DNA of 64,000 nucleotides from Ostrea edulis (taxonomy: Eukaryota): assembly GCF_947568905.1 (NCBI RefSeq), contig NC_079167.1, positions 68,944,001 to 69,008,000 on the forward strand, given 5' to 3'. Below the pieces are notes generated by a model. The model saw only the letters and a list, made by a program, of their open reading frames with translations, was not told the DNA's origin and ran no database searches. Made by a program: the position numbers and the translations under genes. Numbering within the stretch: the stretch's first letter is position 1; each line of letters starts with the position of its first letter. This document shows, piece by piece, positions 1 to 10,707 of this stretch.

Positions 1-32
1 TATAACATTAAAGTCACTTGGTTGATACTCAC

Positions 33-439
33 CCGTGAACGCTATGCAGTATTTGGAGTTCTTGATCAGGTTAGCTATGTGCTCTGCCTCTCGCTGGACT
101 TTGTCGTAAGAGTTGTGGATTTCCGCCGTTTTGATCGCCTCCTTCACCATTTCTTTTTCCTCCTTGGTTAGGTTCGATTCCTGGGATTTATACGAGCTTT
201 TTAAAGCAAACCAGCAGTCTTCGTGAAAAGTCGCAAATCCGTTATCGTCCCAGTTCACGTGGAAACCTAAGGAGACCAAGTTTCAACAAGATGATGTCAT
301 GTCGTATATTTTAGTGAGTGCATGTGAATACAAAAATTACTATGCACTCTGACAGTACACTGGCTTTCCTCACAATGTTATAGCATCATCACTTCGTCTG
401 TTCGCTGTCACTGTTACATCGGATTAAAGATAATTGATC

Positions 440-479
<40 letters not shown>

Positions 480-717
480 AATATACTTTATTGCTCATTG
501 CTCAGTAAAGAGAATTTTAAAATAGCCATCCTTATGAACTCAGACCGAATGGTCAAATAAAACTATGACTGGTAACTATAATCTAACCTGAGCGTTTCCC
601 TTTGGGTACGATGAAGGCCCTGACATCCACCCGTCCGTCTGTCTGCCTGATTAGACATTTATCACACGCCACTACGGCACATTTCTTCTCCCGAGCATCG
701 TCTGTACCCGTCGCCAT
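33..717 (-). CDS. Class IV (SIRT6/7-like) sirtuin copy A, partial: exons 1-2, gene continues beyond the left edge
   Basis: Exon 1 717..588 (MATGTDDAREKKCAVVACDKC...KRSG, donor G|GTTAG). Exon 2 266..33 (GFHVNWDD...FHEDCW...CIAFTG, acceptor TTAG, donor G|GTGAG). About 97% aa identical to copy B exons 1-2; ends at the FTG that precedes the sirtuin GAGIST motif. Confidence 0.85.
444..475. repeat. (CT)n microsatellite in copy A intron 1; shorter homologue near 6654-6685
   Basis: Direct reading. Confidence 0.9.
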
Positions 718-1204
718 TGCGAGTTCGTTTATTGATTTTTCCCGTATTGACTGATTTTTAAAGTTCTTGGGGGTAAAACCACGAGTGTGTTTGTTGTTAT
801 TTTGGTTACGACGACCAGTCGATCCTTGTGATGACGCAAATTGGTAAAAATAGAAATGGAAATTCATTTAAAGGTATGAGTAGTTAAGCTTACAGGTATG
901 TTGACCAAGTAAACGTCAAAAATACTTTGATGACACACATTATACAAGAAAGACGACTGCCTCCTTGTATGTGTAAGGTTTATAAGGAAGCATTTGAGTA
1001 CTAATGATTTCATGTTTTAATTATTTTAAAATTTACTTGATAAAAACGAATTATTCTTCTTGAAAGAAATGATATCGGTTATCATTATTGCTATGATCAT
1101 AAGTTAAACAGAACATGAAAAGTCTTGCATTTCTCTTAAAAAGTGTATAAAAACAGGTCTGTTCATCAGTTTTTGCATGTTTAGTAACTTTGCTATTCAA
1201 CTAC

Positions 1205-1334
1205 NNNNNNNNNNNNNNNNNNNNNNNNNNNNNNNNNNNNNNNNNNNNNNNNNNNNNNNNNNNNNNNNNNNNNNNNNNNNNNNNNNNNNNNNNNNNNNNN
1301 NNNNNNNNNNNNNNNNNNNNNNNNNNNNNNNNNN
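1205..1334. other. Assembly gap (N run) at the position homologous to the 20-bp minisatellite at 8111-8937
   Basis: Left side belongs to the block matching 7300-7980; right side ATACCGTGTGGAAA matches about 8945 onward. Confidence 0.9.
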
Positions 1335-3039
1335 ATACCGTGTGGAAACGTTTAATTGGCGTAGAGAACCTTCCTTACGATATCTTTCTGTCATCGAATA
1401 TCGTTCCTTTCTATGGGATATTTACAATGTTCTAGTATTTTGTCAGTGTTCCTTTCTATAATTAGATATAGACATAAGGAATAAATGTTTAGCTTAGGAG
1501 TAGGAAAATGCATATTCATACTTTGAAACAAGACTTCCCCTTATCCATGTAAGTAATAATTTACTAATTAGAGATATATAGAGACATGTGTATTATTGTT
1601 TAATGTTTTCACAAATAAATTCTGTATGATAAACTCTATGCTATAATGTGTTCAATCAAATTAAACCCGAATGTTAGAGTTATATACCTAACCATAAAAG
1701 TGTCTTTATAATTACCTACACAAACGTGTTGAAAAAATAAAGGGGGAAAATAAAGAAACCTGTCCGATCAACTCCAACAGTAAAACTCTACATAATGTAT
1801 ATACTACATGTAAAAGCTTGATCGAATTTATCACATTGTTTAAAACAATCCTGAGTTTATTCCTCGATTTGTTGGGGGGGGGGGGTGGAGGTTAAAAATT
1901 TGGGCCTATGATCGGCGCTTACGGCTTTTGAGCAGGGAGGGATCTTTATCTTGCCACACTTCTTGCATATATAGTATATATCTGACTTTCTGTAGAGGGT
2001 GATGAGAACTGTTCCACTGGCTAATTCAAAAAGTTGAGGGATCTAATTTTCCCATTGAATTAAAACTGTCTACTGCTTTAATTTTCGCGGCTTCTTGTCT
2101 AAATCTATCTTCACGCACTTTGAATTCACGGCTTCGTGCCCATTGTAAATGTTGTGTCTTTTCCATACTGACTGCAGTTTTGATTTCACACTTTTTGTTT
2201 TTCCGTGAAAATCAAACTGCGGTGAAAATAAGGCTGACTATTGTACATCATCAGTTAACAAGGATTCCGTTTTCTCATTTGTTACAAATATCATTAACAT
2301 CGTTATTTTACGGATCGTTGGAAACTTCAAAAGTAATGAGGTACCATTGTTACATTGTTAAAGTAAAGATGTATAGTAATTATTTCAAGTAAACATAATA
2401 CAACATATGTCTTTCATATAATTTTAATATCAAAATCAACAATTACCATTATACTGAAAACATTGTACACTGAGTATTTAGGACATTCACATGTTGTGTG
2501 GCAAATTTTCGCCTCTTTTGCATAACTTGTACATGTATGTACCTCAACTGATTTTCTCTATATAAAAGTTACTGTCCATTTCCCTGAAAATGCACTATAT
2601 TCACCACTCTGCAAAATCAGTGCTCATCCCTTGCACAATTCCCGAGTCTATCGCGATATTTTTAACCAATACAAATACTCGCCGTCTCAAGAAATAACTA
2701 TTTTGTTACGGGGGGGGGGGGGGGTGCTATTTTCCTCATACATATTCTATAACTGTATTTTACATCTCTATATATAATTTTTATTTAAAAATTTCTGACA
2801 AGATAACCGAGACACAAATACGATATCTGAAGATATCTTATACAAGTGCAATTTTCTAAAATCCAAAGGTCCCTAATAACAGTAGGACATTGTCTCATTT
2901 TTCACTACACTTAGTGAGTCAAAGGTTCTGGTCAGTGAGCAAAAAAAGCAAACAAACAAAAACATGCATATCGTTCAACAAGATCTCATCGGTCCTCATC
3001 AAATGACGTGGAAATTTAAGACATGTACATGTTAGAAAT

Positions 3040-6000
3040 CTACAATTTGCGATTCAAATCGTAAGTGACTAGTCTCTCTTCACGCCTTGCTTCCCAATCT
3101 TGCAGTTCCTCTTCCGAAAGCATATGTCTCATAATATGTGACATCAATTTATCACAGTTGCCAAACACGCGGGAACCTAGCATAGACCTTTCATCCTCCT
3201 CCATCTTACAACAAACGGCGTCAAAGGAGGTGCTTTGTCTGAAAGGAAATGCAGTATTTTCATTCATATGTCGATTCAATATATCCCAGTAACACAGAAT
3301 CTTCGATATCTGCTTTGTACATAGATATTTTATTGAACATAGATCGATGTTAAAGGCAAACGAACAACTCAACTTTATTACAAACGGGATCACTTCAGTT
3401 TCTCCATCGTCAACTTCCCATTTCTATGTAGCAATATTCCATTATCACTTGCATATGGTGTTTATGTCTCTCGACTATTTCAATACACAAAGAGTTCGTT
3501 CTGCGTATGATCAGTCATTAAATAGAATCGGGTTTTTGACATACAAGTAATTGTTAGGTCGTTCTTTACACACTGATTTTGACTACAGATTACTCCATTT
3601 ACCTGATCAAAATATAAGGCTCATGGTGAATGTGACTTGTTCAACAGGGGATGCTTACTCTTTCTAGGCACCTGATCCCACCTTTGGTACATGTATGTCC
3701 AGGGGTTCGTGTATGCCCAACTGTTAATTTTATTTTCTTTATAGGAGTTATGAGATTGATACTGTTCGTAATCTTCATCTTTTCAGTACATGTATACATA
3801 TTGCAGTTAAATTTATAAACATTTTAGATATTGGTTGTTTTACATTTACATCAATCATGGTTATGTATATTACTATAGTATATTATTACGCTGCAACAGC
3901 AATTTAGTAAACAGTTTGGTGTTACCTGCAGATATACCTGCAGCTATGTCAAATTCGTTGTTTCAATTAAATTTCCCCAGAACCTATCACACTTTTATCA
4001 TACAGATGTGTATTTTAGAAAATTGTATCCAAGTATGCACCTGTTACAAATAACCAGGCGGGTTGGTCTTTTTCCCATTTCCACCAGACAGTTCGCTGGG
4101 TAGACTTGAAGGGTGGATCCAAGAGCTATGACGAGATCCGCCTGTCCGGCGTGGTGTATTGCATTTCGTAGTACATCTTCCTCCAAATAATCTCCAAAGT
4201 TGATGATTGTGTTCATCAGATAGCCTCTACATTTCTGAAGAAAAAAAACCATAATGCACCGCTACATTATGATTAAAATCAGATCTTTGATCCGCTCCGT
4301 TATTGTTAAAATACAGCGACGTAACAATAACAGATCAGATCAAATATCTTATCTAAATAAGATTGTTTACGTGTATATACCATCTTCAATATATGTCATA
4401 TGCATTATGTATTTCACTTGCATTATTTGACAAAACATGTAATAACACCCATGAACGGTTCTCAGTAAAAGATAGTCAATTGTAAATCGAAAAGCTCCCA
4501 AAGCATAATTTTAAGTGAGTATAATTAACTATATATTAGACATACAAAACGACTTTTGAATGTTATGTAATGGTCAACAACAATTATACTGAAATGTCGT
4601 AGTTTAATGGCTACTACGAATGTTACACATTTTCTGGAGTATTGGTTAGCAACATCAAAGACTAGCGCGGTTTAATATATATTATTTTCTCCCTCAGTGC
4701 CCTCGTCCGAAAATAAATATTTTCTTGACTATTTGATAATAACATATAACAGAAAAAGTGAATAGGTTGGTTGCGTTCGTTACAAGATCGCTTTTAATAA
4801 ACAAACATCAAATCAACAAAGCTGAAAAATCACTAATGAAAGCATATGAATTCAAAACTGAAAATGGGCTGGGTGGGAGGAAAGGCTAAGAAATACAAAA
4901 GCGACCTTTGTTGCTTGTAACGAACCTCGCACTGCCCGAAAACTGACCAGTAGGCGCAAAAGCGCTCGTGCATTCATGAGCTCAAAAACCCGCGAAATGT
5001 ATTTACGGAAAATAACAAAAAATGACGAAATGTAAAACGTAAAGAAATAAATGTACCGCGTCTATGTATACACGAAATTATAAAACATACCGGGTGAAAG
5101 CATTTGACCCAATGATAGGTTGTAATTTCATGTCAAACTAGATTGTTATAAAGACCATAGAATTTGCAAAATGCTGACTATGAACGGGACTGTCGAATAA
5201 TTCCTAGGCTGACGAATTATAACTCACCTTATCGTTACAGACACGCCCAGTTCGATGATTTATCCGGCATTGCTTACACATGATCACAGGAACATTGGTA
5301 GCTTTACCCCCACAACCGAAATTTCTCATGTATCTTTTCTTACACTTTTCACATTTCTCTATAAATGTGTTGCCATGCAGTTCTGAGATTTGACCTTCCT
5401 CAAGCCCAGAGAGACGGTGCAGCCCATCAACATTTTGACTGATCACGTGCTTCAAATCTCCGTTATCCATTAGTTTTACTATCGCTTCGTGGGTGTAAGT
5501 TGGTCGGAGCCTTTGAAAGTTGAGTGTAACCTGCTTGGATTTCCCTTTGGTCTCTGACAAATATAGGTAATTCATATATTACTAAGGATGTGGTCACAAA
5601 TATTCTGCTGTCTTATAAGTTGATTTTACATTGTTATATATGATTGTAAGAAGTACTTAAGCCTTTACGTAACAGGCAGGCACGTTGCTTAGTTTTTCAA
5701 AGTGGATAGGGCAGGAAAAACATTTAAAAACGACCCCTCCTTTTCATTTTTTCTGCGTTCCACAATTTGGTTCTTCTGATCTCCAATCTAATCAAAATCA
5801 AACTTCTTAGATCCGCGCCGTATACCTTGCGTAAGAAGCGATTGTGAGCGTATCCTAGGATCTGATTTTAATTAGATTGTTATGATCTCATGATAAGTAT
5901 TTTAAAAATGTAAATGAATAAGAAACAAAACGTGGGATAACGATATAGAATGTGATTCAGTGTACCCACAGGCAGACAATATTCATTTCACCGGTACTTT

Positions 6001-6651
6001 GATAAGTACCTTGCTTCTTATCTTTATCCCTCTCAGTCCATTTCCCCCGAATTCCTCGGTAATCTCCGATTCCTGCTGCGGTGGAAATACCCGCTCCTGC
6101 GTATGATAAAAACCAAGTTATGGATTTCTTTATTAGTAACTATGCTTAAAAGTTTTCTTTTCTCATTAAAATAAAGTATAATCCTCTTAATTTTGTGTAC
6201 ATTTAGAATGTAATAGTGCAGGAGAATACTATAACACTTGATTGATACTAACCCGTGATCGCTATGCAGTATTTGGAGTTCTTGATCAGGTTAGCTATGT
6301 GCTCTGCCTCTCGCTGGACTTTGTCGTAAGAGTTGTGGATTTCCGCCGTTTTGATCGCCTCCTTCACCATTTCTTTTTCCTCCTTGGTTAGGTTCGATTC
6401 CTGGGATTTATACGAGCTTTTTAAATCAAACCAGCAGTCTTCGTGAAAAGTCGCAAATCCGTTATCGTCCCAGTTCACGTGGAAACCTAAGGAGACCAAT
6501 TTTCAGCAAGATAGTGTCATGTCGTATAGTTTAGTTGGTGTGAATACAAATATTACCATGCACTATGACAGTAGACTGGCTTTCCTCATAATATGTTATA
6601 GCATCACCAAGTCATCTGTTCGCTGTCTCAGTTACATCAGATTTAAGATAA

Positions 6652-6683
<32 letters not shown>

Positions 6684-7517
6684 ATCAAATATACGTATTA
6701 ACTATACTACATTTTAACACCAAAAACATAACACTAACATACATTGCCTGACAGCCAGCCGTGACTGCTGGACGCCCGTAATTTATTGTATTCTAAATAC
6801 ACAATTCGCAGAAAAACAAGGCGTTTTCCCATGTACAAAAATTAAGATAACCTTCCAACTCCATATACAAAATATGAGCAATACATAAATATCAATACTT
6901 TTAAATATACCTCAAATCCCCTCTATATAGCATCAGGGCCGGCCAGGAAAAAACTAGAAATAAAACGATGAAAATCGCAAAAAACTCTAGAAAACCTGTG
7001 TCCGTTGCCAAGTGCCGCTGGATGCAGGGGTTTGTGAACGGACCTCACAACTTATTTGTAAATGTTTAACTTTTGCATGGCATGGATGAAAACATAAGAT
7101 TTAATTATCCATTAAGTTTCGTCTATCTCGTGACGAACGGCGGCTAGAAGTGTATTCTGAATTGCAGCTCGAAAACCTGTTTTTCTAACTCACATTCTAT
7201 TGGCTAAAAATGGATCATTCCAAACTACCTGTACAATATACTGTACCGTCAATACAACATTTTCCCGCTATTACTAACGAAACGCGGGAAAATATGATTT
7301 ATTGCTCAGTAAGGGGATTTTAAAATAGCCATCCTAATGAACTCAGACCAAATCGAATACAACTACGACTGGTAACTATAATCTAACCTGAGCGTTTCCC
7401 TTTGGGTACGATGAAGGCCCTGACATCCACCCGTCCGTCTGTCTGGCTGATTAGACATTTATCACACGCCACTACCGCACATTTTTTCTCCCGAGCATCA
7501 TCTCTACCCGTCGCCAT
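3040..7517 (-). CDS. Class IV (SIRT6/7-like) NAD-dependent deacylase copy B, 6 exons, 389 aa, N-terminal CCHC module
   Basis: Exons 7517..7388, 6486..6253, 6096..6010, 5553..5228, 4234..4041, 3238..3040; all GT-AG with consistent phases (1170 nt). Motifs GAGISTAAGIGDYRG, RPTYTHEA, SQNVDGLH, ELHGN (catalytic His), CEKC...HRTGRVC...C, GSTLQV, CNR, RVFGNCDKLM. Confidence 0.92.
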
Positions 7518-8110
7518 TGCGAGTTCGTTTATTGATTTCTGTCTTTAAAGTTCTTGGGGGTAAAACCACGAGTGTGTTTGTTGTTATTTGGTAACGACGG
7601 CCAGTCGATCCTTGTGGTGACGCAAATTGGTAAAAATAGAAATGGAAATTCATTTAAAGGTATGAGTAGTTAAGCTTACAGGTATGCTGACCAAGTAAAC
7701 GTCAAAAATACTTTGATGACACACATTATACAAGAAAGACGACTGCCTTCTTGTATGTGTAAGGCTTATAAGGAAGCATTTGAGTACTAATAATTTCATG
7801 TTTTAATTATTTTAAAATTTACTAGCTAAAAACGAATTATTCTTCTTGAAAGAAATGATATCGGTTATCAGAATGATTATTGCCATGATCATAAGCTAAA
7901 CAGAACATGAAAAGTCTTACAGTTCTCCTAAAAAGTGTATTAAACTGGTCTGTTCATCAGGTTTTGTACAGAAACTTTGCTATTCAACCACATGGTCATA
8001 TTAGTCACCACCACTCCCCCAACAGAAATTCTTCAATTCTTTTTTATAATTTTTTTTTTTATTATTTTTTTTTTTAGAAAATCCAAACCGTGTAGAAACG
8101 TTTAGTTGGT

Positions 8111-8937
8111 GTAGAGAACCTCCCTTACGAGTAGAGAACCTCCCTTAGGAGTAGAGAACCCCCTTAGGAGTAGAGAACTCGTCTTAGGAGTAGAGAACCT
8201 CCCTTAGGAATAGAGAATCTCTCTCAGGAGTTGAGAACCTCCCTTAGGAGTAGAGACACCCCCCTTAGAAGTAGAGAATTTCCTTTAGGAGTAGAGAACC
8301 TCCCTTAGGAATAGAGAACATCCCTTAGGAGTAGAGAACCTCCCTTAGGAGTAAAGAACCTCTCTTAGGAATAGGGACCCCCTTAGGAGTAGAGAACCTC
8401 CCTTAGGAGTAGATAACTTCACTTAGGAGTAGATAATCTCCCTTAGGAGTAGAGAACCTGTAGAGAACCTCCCTTAGGAGGAGAGAACCTCCCTTAGGAG
8501 TAAAGAACCTCTCTTAGGAATAGGGACCCCCCTTAGGAGTAGAGAACCTCCCTTAGGAGTAGATAACTTCACTTCGGAGTAGATAACTTCCCTTAGGAAT
8601 AGAGAACCTCCCTTAGGAGTAGAGAACTCCCCTTAGGAGTAGAGAACCTTCCTTAAGAGTAGAGAACCCCCATTAGGAGTAGAGAACCTTCCTTAGGAAT
8701 AGAGAACTCCCCTTAGGAGTAGAGATCCCCCCTTAGGAGTAGAGAACTCCTCTTAGGGGTAGAGAACCTCCCTTAGGAATAGAGAACCTCCATCAGGAGT
8801 TGAGAACCTCCCTTAGGAGTAGAGAACCCCCTTAGGAGTAGAGAACCTCGCTTAGGAGTAGAGAACCTCCCTTAGGAGTAGAGAACCTCCCCTAGGAGTA
8901 GAGAACCCCCTTATGAGTAGAAAATTCCCCTTAGGAG
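8111..8937. repeat. 20-bp minisatellite GTAGAGAACCTCCCTTAGGA, about 41 copies
   Basis: Head-to-tail degenerate units with no unique spacers. Confidence 0.95.
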
Positions 8938-10707
8938 AAAATCCATACCGTGTGGAAATGTTTAAGGCGTAGAAAACTTCCCTTAGGATATCTTTCTGTC
9001 ATCGAATATCGCTCTTTTCTATGGTGTATTTACAATGTTCTAGTATTTTGTCAGTGTTTCTTTCTATAATTAGATATAGACACAAGGAATAATTGCTTAG
9101 CTTGGGTGTAGGACAGTGCATATTCATACTTTAAAACAATAGTTCCCCTTCTACATGTATGTAATAATTTACAAATTATAGATACATGTATAGTATTGTT
9201 TAATGTTTTCACAAATAAATTTTGCATTATAAACTCTATGCTATAACATGTTCAATCAAATTAGGGCCAAATTTTAATATTTTATTTCTAACTACCCCTG
9301 TACATGTACCATAAAAGTGTCTTTATAATTACCTACACAAACGTGTTGAAAAAATAAAGGGGGGGGGGGGTTTAAAGAAACCTGTCCGATCAGCTCCAAA
9401 AGTAAAACTTTAAATAATGTATATATTCATGTAAAAGCTTGATCGAATTGATCACATTGTTTGAAACAATCCCGAGTTTATTAACTCGCTCCTAGCGTTG
9501 ATTTGTTGGGGGGGAGGGGGTAAAAATGTGGGTCTATGATCGGCGCTTACGGCTTTTGAGCAGGGAGGGATCTTTATCTTGCCACACTTCTTGCCTATAC
9601 ATGTATAGTACACGTATATATCTGACTTTTTGTAGAGGGTGATGAGAACTGTTCCACTGGCTAATTCAAAAGGTTGAGGGATCCAATTTTCCCATTGAAT
9701 TAAAACTGTCTACAGCTTTAATTTTCGCAGCTTCTTGTCTAAATCTATCTTCACGCACTTTGAATTCACGGCTTCGTGCCCATTGTAAATGTTGTGTCTT
9801 TTCCATATTGACTGCAGTTTTGATTTCACTTTTTGTTTTTCCGTCAAAATCAAACTGCGGTGAAAAGAAGGCTGACTATTGTACATCATCACAGTTAACA
9901 AGGATTCCATTTTCTCATTTGTTACAAATATCATTAACATCGTTATTTTACGGATCGTTGGAAACTTCAAAAGTAATGAGGTACCATTGTTACATTGTTA
10001 AAGTAAAGGTGTATAGTAATTATTTCAAGTAAACATGATACAACATATGTCTTTCATATAATTTTAATATCAAAATCAACAATTACCATTATACTGAAAA
10101 CATTGTACACTGTGAGTATTTAGGATATGCACTTGTTATGTGGCAAATTTTCGCCTCTTTTGCATAACTTGTACATGTATATACCTCAACTGATTTTTCT
10201 CTATATAAAAGTTACTGTCCATTTCCTTGAAAATCCACTATATTCACCACTCTGCAAAATCAGTGCTCATCCCTGGGACAACTCCGAGTCTATCGTGATA
10301 TTTTTAACCAATCAAATTGCTCGCTGTCTCAAGAAATAACCACTTTATTAGGGATGGGGGTGGGGGTATTTGCTATTTTCCTCATACACATTCTATAACT
10401 GTATTTTACATCACTAAATATAATTATTTTAGATAAAAAAATTCCAAGATAACCGATACACAAATAAGATACAATGTATCTGAAAATATTTTGTACAAGT
10501 GCAATTTTCTAAAATCCAAAGGTCCACAATACCAGTAGGGCATTGTTTCATTACTCACTACACTAAGCGAGACAATGAACTTTGAATAACGTAAATATAT
10601 AAGTTCTAGTCAGTGAGCAGAAAACAAACAACAAAACATATCTTTTTCAACATTAATTGATTCTCTTGAAATGACGTAGAAATTTAAGACATGTACATGT
10701 TAGAAAT

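Noticed and set aside
3239-3393. N-terminal part of ORF 3040..3393 as coding
   Set aside because: Intron read-through; the real exon starts at the TTTCAG acceptor (3238). The same applies to several other ORF-track entries over exons.
8111-8937. CRISPR-like or telomere-like array
   Set aside because: Units are contiguous with no unique spacers and no cas genes, in a eukaryotic context; TTAGGA within a 20-mer is not a TTAGGG tract.
9710-10032. 86-aa and 90-aa ORFs, and 2120..2392, as genes
   Set aside because: The paralogous copy has indels, a stop or non-synonymous changes in these frames.
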